A DNA stretch of 64,000 bases from Chiloscyllium plagiosum (lineage: Eukaryota), in contig NC_057719.1 in NCBI RefSeq assembly GCF_004010195.1, forward strand, positions 84,246,658 to 84,310,657, given 5' to 3'. This document shows, in pieces, positions 1-11,777 of the stretch. Within the stretch, counting starts at the first letter, position 1. Each line of letters opens with the position of its first letter. A program made the position numbers and the translations under genes. The notes under the pieces are model-generated. The model searched no databases. It had not been told where the DNA came from and worked only from the letters and a program-made list of their open reading frames with translations.

Positions 1-134
1 TTCACTCCCCCAGACCCAGTGTCTAACTCTGTATTCACTCCCCCTTCTCCCCCAGACCCAGTGTCTAACTCTGTATTCACTCCCCACTCCCCCTTCTCCC
101 CCAGACCCAGTGTCTAACTCTGTATTAACTCCCC
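1..134. repeat. Minisatellite, ~42-49 bp unit, 3 visible copies (may run off window start)
   Basis: Unit core CCCAGACCCAGTGTCTAACTCTGTATT(C/A)ACTCCCC repeated three times, followed by a (CT)n(CA)n microsatellite at ~139-167. Confidence 0.9.
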
Positions 135-199
135 CCCCCTCTCTCTCTCACACACACACACACACACTGGGGAATCTACCTCCTCGTTCACCTGTGGGA

Positions 200-410
200 T
201 GGCCCTGCGCTCCTATTGGCCCCGCCCCTCGCCGCGTGTCGGCCAATCCCCGTGAGGGACCTCAGCTGGACGCGCGCGAGCGGGACGAAGCCCGGAAGCC
301 GCTCTGCCATTGTTCCGTGCGCTGAGGGTGTCGGCCAATCCGGGAACGGAAGCACTGCAGCCAATCACAGGAGGTGTTGAGAGGGGGTGGTGACGGGGTG
401 GGGCGACCGT
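200..410. promoter_or_regulatory. CpG-rich TATA-less promoter (CCAAT/GC-box/ETS cluster)
   Basis: CpG-dense in a CpG-poor window. ATTGG 215-219; CCAAT 243-247, 335-339, 361-365; GC box CCCCGCCCC 220-228; CCGGAAG 292-298. A possible minus-strand donor CAG|GTGAAC lies at ~185-193. Confidence 0.7.
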
Positions 411-654
411 CACTGTATGGCTCAGAGGAGCTGTCCTTTATTTATTGCATTTCCTCTCGTGGTGGTAGAGTCTTCCACCGTCTTTTATTACTTCTTAAAA
501 GGTTCTGTCTTAAATGCGTCCGTTTCACCTGAATATTCGGGCAGTGATATAAATGACAGTTCCAGCTTTTCCAGCAGAGCCCAACTGTCCCCTCCCCCCC
601 TTCAACCAAGTGGGAGCCCCAGGTTTGACAGAACACATGCCAATGGCAAACTAT

Positions 655-1375
655 TGTGGATGCTAAACATCTGCAGTAAACACAAAGTGCTGGAAAAGCT
701 CAGCAAGTCTGGCAGCATCTGTGGGAAGGAGACAGTGAACGTTTATGAATCAGCTACAACTCCAGAAGGAGCTCACAGCTGCTCCATGCCACTAAAGAAA
801 AGTGGGATAGGGCTCTTGTGGTGCTGTGAGAGGTGCTCCCTGGGACCCGCTCCAGAGGTGTGCGGTAGCATCTCTGAATTTTTAAAAAAAAACAAACAGA
901 AGTTACTGGAAAAGCTCAGCAGGATATGGCAGCATCTTTGGAGAGAGAAATCAGAGATGACATTTCTGATCTGGTGACCCTTCCTCAGAACTGATGGTAG
1001 CCAGGAAAATGTTGGTTTATATGCAGAAGATAGAGTGTGGGGAGGGGGTAAGGAGTAAATAATAGATAGGGGTAGAGCCCAAAAAGAGAGAAGAACAGTT
1101 GGATAGACAAAGGAGTAGAAAGGAGAGTGAATAGCTGTGAATGGAGACTGCTAGTGGATTACAATGGGTAGTGTCTAATGGCAGACTATTTGATAACAAG
1201 GCCTGGTGTGTGGGTTGGGGGCTCAGACATGGGTGGGTTCAAGCCCTAAAACTATTGAACTCCATATTGAGTCCGGAAGCCTGCAGGGTCCCCAAGTGGA
1301 AAATAAGGTGTTGTTATTCCAGCTTGAGCTGAGCTTCACTGGAGCACTGCAGCAAGCTTGAGACAGAAATTTGGT
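655..1375 (-). mobile_element. Penelope-like element fragments (ORF C-terminus plus terminal repeat)
   Basis: Minus strand ~1240-1335 reads AQLKLE*QHLIFHLGTLQASGLNMEFNSF, homologous to the GIY-YIG tail at 7880-7965. Terminal-repeat motif CTGGAAAAGCTCAGCA at ~690 and ~906. Confidence 0.75.
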
Positions 1376-1721
1376 CAGCATCTCTGAATAGGCTGATTAG
1401 AAAATATGTCAACAGTGCGGTCAAATCGTTGAGTATATCTACAGAGCTACATAGGCTCTTGATTAGTAAGGGAATCAAGGGTCATGAGAAAAAGGTAGGA
1501 GAATGGGATTGGTCAACATATCAGCCATAATCAAATGGTGGAGCAGAGTTCTATCGATGTTGTCAGTACCAGTGTGGATGATGACAACTGGATCTCTCTA
1601 CTCCCATACAAGTTCTCTCCAGCTCTGAGGAGATGTCCTTAAGTCTGTCACCAGGCAGGCAACACAGCCTTCAGGATTCTCACTGATGCTTAGAGAATAA
1701 TGTCTATCTCCCTGATTATAC

Positions 1722-3570
1722 TTTTTTAAATTATTCATTTTGTGAGATGTGGTAGTCACTGGCTAGCCAGCGTTTATTGCCTGTCCTTAGTTGCCCTTGA
1801 GAAGGTCATAGCTGTCTTCTTGAAGCACTGCAGTCTGCCTGCTGTGGGTTGACCCACAATGCCATTATGGAGGGTATTCCAGGACTTTGACCCAGTGACA
1901 GTGAAAGGACAGTGAGATTTTTCCAAGTTAGGATGATGAGTTGCTTCGAAGGGAACTTGCGGGTGGTGCTGTTCCTAGGTATCTGTTGCCTTTGTCCTTC
2001 TAGATGGAAGTGGTTGTGGTTTTCGAGGGTGATGTCTGAGCATCTTTGGTGAATTTCTGCATTGCATCAAGTAGATAGTACACACTGCTGCTACTGAGTG
2101 TCGGTAGTGGAGGGAGAAGATGCTTGTTGATGCAGTGCCAATCAAGTGGGCTGCTTTGTCCTGGATGGTGTCAAGCTTCTTGAGTGTTGCTGGGGATGCA
2201 CTCATCCAGACAAGTGAAGAGTATTCCATCACACTCCTGACATGTGCCTTGTAGATGGTGGAAAGGCTTTGGGAAGTCAGGAGGTGAGTTACTCGCTGCA
2301 GTATTCCAAGTCTCTGACCTACTCTTGTAGCCACTGCATTTATGTGATGAGTCCAGTTGAGTTTCTGGTCAATGGTAACTCTCAGGATGTTGATAATAGG
2401 GGATTCACACTATTGAATGTCAAGAGGCGATGGTTAAATAGTCTCTTATTGGTTATGGTCAGAGCCTGGCATTTATATAGCACAAATGTTATTTGTCACT
2501 TGTTTGCCCAAGCTTTGATATTTTCCAGATCTTGTTGCATTTAGACACAGACTGCTTCAGTGTCTGAGGATTCATGGATTGTGCAACATTGTGCAATCAT
2601 CGGCAAACATCCCCTCTTCTGACCTTATGATGGAGGGAAGATCATTGATGAAGCAGCTGAAGATGTTTGGGCTTTGGACACTACCCTGAGGAATTCCTGC
2701 AGAGATGTCCTAGCGATGAGATGACTGACCCTCCAACAACCATGACCATCTTCCTATGTGTCAGGTATGACTCGAACCACTGGAGAGTCTGCCCCCAATA
2801 TCCATAGATTCCAGTTTTGCTAGGTCTCCTTGATGCAGTACTTGATCGAATGCAGCCGTGATGTCAAGGGCTGTTACTCTCACTTCACCTCTGGAATGCC
2901 TTTTGTCCAAGGCTGTTTGAGCCGAATGAGATCAGGAGCTGATTGTCCCTGGGGGAACCCAAAGTGAGCGTTGCTAAGCAGATGTTGCTTGATAGTACTG
3001 TTGATTACACCATCCATCTCCTTACTGATGATGAACAGTAGACTGATGGGGCATTAATTAGGCCATGTTGAATTCGTCCTGCTTTTTATATACAGGACAT
3101 ACTCGGGCAATTTTCCACATTGTTGGGTAGATGCCAGTGTTGTAACTGTACTGGAACACCTTGGCTAGGGGAGTGGCAAGTTCTGGAGAACGAGTCTTCG
3201 TTACTATTGCCAGAATGTTGTCAAGATTAGAGTAGTGCTGGAAAAGCACAGCAGATCAGGCAGCATCTGAGGAGCAGGAAAATCAACAATTCGGGCCAGA
3301 GCCCTTCTGTTGTCAGGGTCTGTAACCTTTGGAGTATCCAGTGCCTCCAACCATTTCTTGATATTACGTGGAGTGAATCGAATTGGCTGAAGACTGGTTT
3401 CTGTAATACTGGGGATCACTGAAGAAGGCAGAGATGGATCATCCACTTGACACTTCTGGCTGAAAATTACTGCAAAAGCTTCTGCCTTAACTTTTGCACT
3501 GATGTGCTGGGCTCTTCCATCATCGAGGATGGGGATGTTTGTGGAGCCTCCTCCTCCAGTGAGTTATTTA
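1722..3570 (-). mobile_element. CR1-group LINE, 3' part (RT and tail); host of the L1 insertion
   Basis: RT remnants LATPLAKVFQYSYNTGIYPTMWKIARVCPV and LGILQRVTHLLTSQSLSTIYKAHVRSVMEY. A-rich tail at ~1722-1735. The sequence resumes at 10655. Confidence 0.85.
3224..3307 (-). mobile_element. Short Penelope terminal-repeat insert
   Basis: GTGCTGGAAAAGCACAGCAGATCAGGCAGCATC motif flanked by TGTTGTCA duplication (3216-3223 / 3308-3315). Confidence 0.8.
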
Positions 3571-4189
3571 TTTTTCATATTTCAATTAGAAGTTTTTATT
3601 CTGTTACAAAATTATAAAAATACAAAAAGGAAAATCAATATAACAGTCTTATATTACAAAAATGTTAACAGGAAACTACCTACTACTCTATATGAATGCA
3701 CCAAAACTATCACAAAATAAAAGAGGAAAAAAATTACAAAACAGTCTCTCCACATTGAGATTCAGAAAGTAACTGTATTTAGCGAATTAGATTAGGTTGA
3801 CCCAGATTGCACTAGACCAACAAATCCAATTTAGAATAAGTAAAATTAGATAAAATAATCTTAAATTAGCTTAACTCAAATTAACTTAAAATTAAACTAG
3901 ACTAAATTCAATTCAATTCAATTCAACGCCACCCTCATCCATGGGAACATCAGTTGTAAAGCCCCGGACCACCAAATCTGGCCCCATGGCTATCTAAAGC
4001 CCCGAGTCAGTATTGCCGACAGGTCCATATTGAAGTAATTGAGAAAGGGCCGCCACGTCTTAGAGTGTGGTTCTGTTTTCTGGCGCACCACATTTGTGAG
4101 CTAACCTTGGGGAATGTGCTTCATCACCAATCTACACCACCCCATGAGACCTGGGGTTTTTTCTGAGATCCAATTCATTAGAATGTTCT

Positions 4190-4315
4190 GAAAATGAAGG
4201 GCTCATGCCCGAAACGTCGATTCTCCTGCTCCTTGGATGCTGCCTGACCTGCTGTGCTTTTCCAGCAACACATTTTTCAGCTCTGATCTCCAGCATCTGC
4301 AGTCCTCACTTTCTC
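4190..4315 (+). mobile_element. Short Penelope terminal-repeat insert in L1 ORF2
   Basis: 14-bp TSD CATTAGAA(T/C)GTTCT at 4176-4189 / 4316-4329; sequence matches the Penelope 3' repeat. Confidence 0.9.
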
Positions 4316-6782
4316 CATTAGAACGTTCTTCCTTGCACAGTGTGTGAGAATGTTAAATAGTCTCTTCCCGTGCTCATCCAATGAGGAGAAATTCGGCAAT
4401 CCCAAAAGAAGGGATACCGGATCCACCTTAATCTTGATTCCCAGAATCCCCTCCAACTCACTAACTCTGGCTCCCCAATATTCACGGATCCTGTAACATG
4501 ACCATAAACAATGCGTAAGGGTGTCTGTTCTAATTTTACATTTAGGACATCCTGGAGACACTCCTTTCTTGAACTTTGCCAACCGTTCTGGAGCCGTAAG
4601 GGCCCTGTGAAGAATCTTCGACTGCATAGCTTGCACTTTATTGCATATTGAAATTTTCTTCACATTCTCCCATATGTCCTCCCATGTCTCAAACAAAATT
4701 TCTTTTCCTAGTTCCTGACTCCAGACTTCATAGAGTCTTTCCATATCTTCCAGGGCACCCCCTCTCTGTAAATGGTATAGAGTACTGACTGAGAGAGTGC
4801 CCACACACCGGAGCACACTTCTCTCTTAATCAAATGTATAGGGCTGAGCCAAGAGTGTGGTCTTTCTCTGTATGTCGTCCCGAATCTGGAAATAACGGAA
4901 GAGGTCCTAACTAGGTAGCCCATATTTGTGATTTAATTGGTCAAAAGACATCAGGACCTCCCCCTCAAATAAATCTCCCCAACAGGAAACTCCCTTGACC
5001 TCCCATGCCTTAAAGCCAAAGTCCATTGACCCCGGCTTAAATCCTGGGGCTCAACCAAAGAGGTGAATGGTAAGGTCTTATGTGAATTTCCCTCACCCTG
5101 TTGCATTATTCTCCACTCTTTGACCATGTTTAAGATAATCGAGCTTTTACAATGCTCAGCCACGGGTTTCATCCTCTCCATAAACAATAAATTAACGAGG
5201 GGACACCTTACATGAGAAGCCTCGATGTCAATCCATATCGACCCCTGATCATGAAGGCCCCAAGCCAGCCATTTAACCTCCGCAATACCTGTCTGGGCAG
5301 CAGCAGCAGGAGCATTCTCATAGGATGTGGTAGCTGAGGAAGAACGTTAATTTTAATCGAAGCTATTTGGCCTAACCAAAGTATTGGTAACCCCTCCCAA
5401 CACTGCAGATTCTGTCTTATCCTATCAAGCAATTGCATAAAGTTAGCTCTGTACAGCTAATAAAAATACCCAGATAAAGAAAATCTTTTTGCGACCATTG
5501 AAAGGGAAACAGTGTTCCATTTTCCAGGTCATGCACTCCCACCAAGCCCCCCACGGGCATAGCTTCCGACTTTGTAAAGTTTATTCTATATCCCGAGAAA
5601 CTGCCGAATAGTTTAATTTTTTTTGTATTAATCAGGGTATAAACTTTTCTGGATTAGCCATAAGTAGGAGAACATCATCGGCGTAATTTTGTGTTCTCCC
5701 ATTCCTAACTTTGGAGCCACTATCTCAGGGTCCTTCTGAATGGCCTCTGTCAACAGTTCAATTACTAAGGCAAATAATAGTGGCGAGAGAGGGCACCCTT
5801 GTTGGCTGCTTTTCCCAATGCTAAAATGATGCGACTTAATGCCAGTCGTAAGAATTGCTGCATTGGGATCACGAGATAGAACAGCCACCCACTTCGTGAA
5901 AGCCACCTCCCCCCAGCACTAAAGTGTTCCAGGTCACCAAAAAGATACGGCCAATCTACCCGATCAAATGCCTTTTCCGAGTCCAAGGAGACCACCAAAC
6001 CTGGAATCAACCTCTGCTGGCATACCTGCACTATATTCAGCACCCTCCTAATGTTATTGGAAGAGCTATGGCCCTGAATGAAGCCCTTGTGGTTTTCCTT
6101 TATAATAGTGGGCAGTCCCTTTTCCAATCTCAAGGCCAGCATCTTTGACATGATTTTAAAATTTGCATTCAGCAACAAGATTGTTCTATATGAGGCACAG
6201 TCCTCAGGGTCTTTTCCTTTCTTTCAAATTAGGGAGATATTAGCCTCCCTAAGAGAGGGTGGAAGGCAGTCCTGGTTATATGAATGGAGGCTAATTCTTC
6301 AGATTGGCTCAGCCAACATGTTTATGAACTCCTTGTAGAACTCACTCGGAAACATGTCTGGGCCAGGTGCTTTGCCACTTTGGAGCTGTCTTACCACCTC
6401 TTGCACCTCCTGTGTTGTTCTAGGGGCGCATTTAAAAGGGAGGCTTTTATGTCAGGAAGGTCCAAGTTCTCAAAAAAGGATTCCGTTCTTGCCACCCCAT
6501 CCTCACAGCCCTCCGATTGGTATAACTCAGCATAAAATTTCCGAGATACGACATCAATCTTTTTCAACTCCTGAGTAATAGCACCAGTTTTCTCTCTAAT
6601 GGACACAATGTACTGCGGAGCATTTTTCTTCCTAGCCATATCTACCTGGTTATCCCCGTATTCAAATAACCTTTGCTTTGCAAAGGAGAGCATCTCTCTT
6701 CGCCGCCTGCATAAGCACTGAATTCAGAGCAGCCCAGAGACCTGTGAGCCTCTGCAGCTTGACCAATGGTCTGTCATAATAT

Positions 6783-8275
6783 AGGAGAAAGTGAGGACTG
6801 CAGATGCTGGAGATCAGAGCTGAAAAATGTGTTGCTGGAAAAGCACAGCAGGTCAGGCAGCATCCATGGAGCAGGAGAATCGACGTTTCGGGCATGAGCT
6901 CTTCTTCAGGAATGAGGAGGGTGTGCCAAGCAGGCTAAGATAAAAGGTAGGGACGAGGGACTTGGGAGAGGGGCATTGGGAACGCGATAGGTGGAAGGAG
7001 GTTAAGGTGAGGGTGATAGGCCGGAGAGGTGGTGGGGCGGAGAGGTCAGAAAAAAGATTGCAGGTCAGGAAGGCGGTGCTGAGTCCAAGGGTTGGGACTG
7101 AGATAAGGTGGGGGGAGGGGAAATGAGGAAGCTGGAGAAATCTGCCTTCATCCCTTGTGGTTGGAGGGTTCCTAGGCGGAAGATGAGGCGCTCTTCTTCC
7201 AGGCGTTGTGTTTGGAAACAGACCCCACCACCAAGGATATATTTCCCTCCCCTCCCCTCCCCTATCAGCGTTCCGGAATGACCACTCCCTCATCAGGTCC
7301 ACACCCCCCACCAACCCAACCTCCACTCCCGGCACCTTCCCCTGCAACCGCAAGAAATGCAAAACTTGCACCCACACCTCCCCCCTCACTTCCCTCCAAG
7401 GCCCCAAGGGATCCTTCCATATCCGTCATAAATTCACCTGCACCTCCACACACATCATTTACTGCATCTGCTGCACCCGATGTGGCCTCTTCTACACTGG
7501 GGAGACAGGCCGCCTACTTGTGGAACGTTTCAGAGAACACCTCTGGGACACCTGGACCAACCAACCCAACCGCCCCGTGGCTGAACACTTTAACTCCCCC
7601 TCCCACTCCGCCAAGGACATGCAGGTCCTTGGCCTCCTCCATCGCCAGGAGAAAGTGAGGACTGCAGATGCTGGAGATCAGAGCTGAAAATGTGTTGCTG
7701 GAAAAGCGCAGCAGGTCAGACAGCATCCAAGGAGCAGGAGAATTGACGTTTCGGGCATAAGCCCTTCTTCAGGAATCCTCCTGAAGGATTCTCGTTGATT
7801 CTCTTGCTCCTTGGATGCTGCCTGACCTGCTACGCTTTTCCAGCAACACATTTTCAGCTCCTCCATCGCCAGACCATGGCAACACAGCGCCTGGAGGAAG
7901 AGCGCCTCATCTTCCGCCTAGGAACCCTCCAACCACAAGAGATGAATGCAGATTTCTCCAGTTTTCTCATTTCATCTCTCCCCACCTTATCTCAGTCCCA
8001 ACCGTCGGACTCAGCACTGCCTTCTTGACCTGCAATCTTCTTCCCGACCTCTCCGCGCCCACCCCCTTTCCGGCCTGTCACCCTCACCTTAACCTCCTTC
8101 CACCTATCGCGTTCCCAATGCCCCTCCCCCAAGTCCCTCGTCCCTACCTTTTATCTTAGCCTGCTTGGCACACCTTCCTCATTCCTGAAGAAGGGTTTAT
8201 GCCCGAAACATCGATTCTCCTGCTCCTTGGATGCTGCCTGACCTGCTGCGCTTTTCCAGCAACACATTTTTCAGC
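6783..8275 (+). mobile_element. 5'-truncated Penelope-like element with an inverted 3' copy (GIY-YIG endonuclease)
   Basis: 13-bp TSD TCTGTCATAATAT at 6770-6782 / 8276-8288. ORF 7208 encodes CNRKKCKTC...IIYCICCTRCGLFYTGETGRLLVERFREH...VAEHFNSPSH. 6783-~7205 is an inverted copy of the 3' end. Confidence 0.92.
7649..7857. mobile_element. Palindromic Penelope terminal-repeat insert inside the GIY-YIG ORF
   Basis: 15-bp TSD CTCCTCCATCGCCAG at 7634-7648 / 7858-7872; the two arms are inverted copies of the terminal repeat. Confidence 0.88.
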
Positions 8276-9683
8276 TCTGTCATAATATGCCAACTCGGCT
8301 GCTTTTAGCCAGGCCTTGAGCATCCATTGCTGCTCCCCTCTCAGCCTTTTCCTGGTTGCTAAACATGAGATAATCAAACCTCTTAAGTATGCCTCGGCGG
8401 TCTCCCAAAGCACCGACGGATTACTAGCCGGACCCGAATTGATGTCCCAGAAGGCCCCGAGCTCCCTTTTGAGGTATTCTATAAATTTACTTCCCTTCAA
8501 AAGAAATGGGTCCATGCACCAGTGTTGCATGTCTATGCCATTATCCTTAATCTTGACATCCAAGTACACTGCCACATAGCTATGTTCCCAATCCTGCAAG
8601 ACAACGCCAAATCCAAACAGAGCAGTGGAAAAAAAGAACATATCAATTCTCGTGTGGCATTTGTGCGGTTTGGAGTCAAAGGTAAAATCCCCAGGATAGA
8701 GACATCTCCACACATCCAACAGGCCCAACTCCCGCACGTCTGCTAGCTGTTTAGATTGCAGGAAGATACTCAAGAGACCCCTTGGTGTCCTGTCTCCCTC
8801 GGAGTCCATGAGACAGTTAAAATCTACTCCTATGAGTGTACGGCGTGCTCCAAAAGCCATTAATTTAGAAATTGTCGTATGTGGGTGACTGGATGCGCAA
8901 GGATCCAGGATTAATTTAGAATTTAAGAGGGTGCGCCAGGGGACAATAGACATTCAGGATGCCATACTCTTCCCCGTGCATTCAGGCCTAGAGAATGATG
9001 AACTATCCAGATTCATCCTTGATTTGTTCTACTACCTGGAATGGGAGGTTCCTTTGGCCACATCTTTACTTTTGGAATTGAAACAAGAGAAGACACGACC
9101 AAATCCTCCATGCTGCGACTTCACTTGTTCCCTGTCAGTTAAGTGTGTTTCCTGCAGCACAGCAAAGTCAACCCTTTCCTTTCTAAGATTTGAGAGTACT
9201 TTCTTTCTTTTAATCGGAAAGTAGCTCCCTTTTATATTCCAGGTGCACCATTTAATTGAACCACTAGCCATGACTGCCCACAGCAGCCCACGGTCCCCCG
9301 AGAGGAAGAAGCTTACTCATGGTGCACCGAGTGGAAAAAACCCCAGAATTTATAAGATATAAAAACTATCCCTACTAATATTACGAGAACTAAAAATCTA
9401 ACCACTACACTTAACTCAGCCAAACAAGCAATCCACTGTAGATTTCCCCCATCGCCCATAGGGCGCATTCGTCCCAAACCTTACAACTATTCTGGTTCCT
9501 TCCAGCTAAGGCCATGCCCCAGATACCAAGACAAAGAAAACATTGTTTATACACATGGGAGTTAACAGTGAGTGCCCACTCTGTCCCCTTCATACATCAA
9601 CCCTATTCATCTTCCATTAAAACAAAACACCCCTCACCATTGTCCATTATTGTCTTTGTTTTTTTCTCCCCGACCCGGATTAC

Positions 9684-10490
9684 TTATTTCAAGAATCTAT
9701 GAAGTTCCTTGTTTTTTCTGCTGAGTCGAAATTATAAACAGATTAAAGCCAGGTACCTCAAAGAATATTGGGTATTCAATTCTCTCAATTTCTTCTTGAC
9801 CTCATCAAAAGATTTCCTCTTCTTGATTATGGCTCCAGAAAAGTCGTGAAAAAAAGTAATTTTCGACCCTTTGTACACCAGCGCCTGTGAATGTCTTTCC
9901 AGTCTTCTGGAGGCTTCCATTATCAGCTGCTACTCTTTATAGTCCTGGACCAGGCAGGGGCACTGATCCGATCTGGACCTGTGCATAGTGATCCGGTGGG
10001 CTCATTCCACACACTCCCAGCCAGACTTGACCTCCAACCCCAGGAGCTGCAGAAGCCACTGTTCCAGGAAGATAACCAAGGTCTCACCTTCTTCATGCTC
10101 TGGGAGCCTGACACTTCATAGGTGTTTCATCCGACCTCGATTTTTGAGGTCGTTGACCTGATCCAACAGGGTCCGAACCTGGTATTCCAGTGTTCGGATC
10201 CATCCCTCCGAATTCTCCGCAGCAGACTCTTGACGTCATGGTCCTTTGTTCGACCGCCTTGATGCGTTGAACCAACACTTGGATCTCCCGCTTTTAGCAT
10301 GGCAGAGATCACTTCCAACATTGAGTCGATTCTTTCTCAGAGTTGAACAAACTCCGAGATTAGATTCTGTTGGTCCAAAAGGTTTAAAGGTCCCACCGTG
10401 GGAGTCTGGGCACGGCCGTGGGTGCCTCCCGCGCTGTATGAGTGTCCTGCTGACTGCAATCCTTTGGCTCCCTTTCCTTTATTAGACTTA
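9684..10490 (-). pseudogene. L1 ORF1 remnant
   Basis: Coiled-coil segment (VQRIKAVEQRT) and L1 ORF1 C-terminal-type segment ALVYKGSKITFFHDFSGAIIKKRKSFDEVKKKLRELNTQYSLRY, upstream of ORF2. Confidence 0.8.
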
Positions 10491-10654
10491 ATATTCCAAA
10501 TCTAAAAGGTTCTAGGTACTTCTTATGTTATTTTAACAGGCATCTCTTGTGAATGACTAGTGGGGGAGGTGGTGGTGAAAACCCACCTTACTTGGGTTTT
10601 GATGCGGAGCCCCAGCACAGCAGACCTAACAGATCGCCACCATCTTAGATCCCG

Positions 10655-11390
10655 CAGTGAGTTGTTTAATCGTCCACCATCATTCACAACTGGATGTGGC
10701 AGGACTGCAGAGCTTAGATCTGATCCATAGGTTGTGGGATTGCTTATTTCTCCCTATCACTTGCTGCTAATGCTGTTTGACATACAAGTAGTCCTGTTTT
10801 GTGGTCTCACCTCCAGGTATGCCTGATGATGTGCCTGGCATGTCCTCCTGCACTGTCCATTGTACCAGGGTCGATGCCCTGGCTTGATGGTAATGGTTAA
10901 GTAGGAAAATGCGGGCATGTAAGGTTACAGATTGTGCTGGAGTATACTTCTGCTGCCGTTGATGGTCCACAGTACCACTTGCCTGCTTGGCACACCCTCC
11001 TCATTCCTGAAGAAGGGCTTATGTCCGTAACGTCGATTCTCCTGCTCCTTGGATGCTGCCTGACCTGCTGCGCTTTTCCAGCAACACATTTTTCAGCTCT
11101 GATCTCCAGCATCTGCAGTCCTCACTTTCTCCTAGCACCTTATGGATGCCCAATTTTGAGTGGTTCGATCTACCACACAACACGATGGAGGGTATTCTGA
11201 ATACGAAGGTGGGATATCATCTCCACGAGGACTATGCAATGGTCATGGACAGATATATTCCTGCAGCTGGCAGATTGGTAAGGATGAGTTCAAATATGTT
11301 TTACCCTCTTCTTGGTTCCCTCATCCTTAAGACCCAACCTGCTCAATCAGTAGTTCCACTGCCAAGCCACTCTTGATGATGGAAATTCAT
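10655..11390 (-). mobile_element. CR1-group LINE, upstream part (continuation of 1722-3570)
   Basis: Continues through the L1 TSD and carries a Penelope fragment at ~10981-11132. The right boundary is approximate. Confidence 0.7.
10981..11132 (+). mobile_element. Penelope 3' terminal-repeat fragment
   Basis: Matches 8158-8275 plus the tail TGATCTCCAGCATCTGCAGTCCTCACTTTCTCC. Confidence 0.85.
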
Positions 11391-11777
11391 ATCCCCTTCC
11401 CAGAGTTCATTTTGTGCCCTTGCCCCATCCTTAGTGCTTCCTCTAATGATTTTGTACCAAAGTGCCATGGTTAGTTCATTCATCCTCCCTAAAGTCTCCA
11501 ATCTTGCCTGCACAGCTTGCAAGAACTTTACAACTGTTCGACAATTGTAGGAGCTGAGGATCCTCAGCTTCAATCCGCAGTTCCTTATACCTGCCTCACC
11601 TGCAATCGTACCCTATTGCCACAATCACAAACCAATTTCAAATGATCTAGTCTGATGAGTGTGACCACTCTCCCCACTCCGATATGGCCTGTAGCTTGGA
11701 TTCTATCTCAACTCAGATCCGAAGTTCCTCAAGTTGCAAACGCTTACTACTGATGTGTTTGTGCTGGATTTCCATAA

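Larger units (their letters stand above)
3990..9271 (-). pseudogene. L1 ORF2 (APE endonuclease, RT, C-terminal CCHC), frameshifted and interrupted
   Basis: MASGSIKWCTWNIKG...FAVLQETHL (APE); VSLDSEKAFDRVDW and QGCPLSPLLF (RT); CPKCKIRTDTLTHCLWSC (cysteine domain). Stop at ~3990. Confidence 0.9.
3571..10654 (-). mobile_element. Full-length decayed L1-clade LINE
   Basis: 14-bp TSD CAGTGAGTT(A/G)TTTA at 3557-3570 / 10655-10668. 5' end has YY1-like AAGATGGTGGCG, followed by ORF1, a spacer, ORF2 and an AT-rich 3' UTR. Confidence 0.92.

Noticed and set aside
1..134. CRISPR-like repeat array
   Set aside because: Spacers are not unique, the context is eukaryotic and there are no cas genes; it is a minisatellite.
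387..977. 196-aa plus-strand ORF next to the promoter
   Set aside because: Non-ATG start, no recognisable domain, and the second half is translated Penelope repeat.
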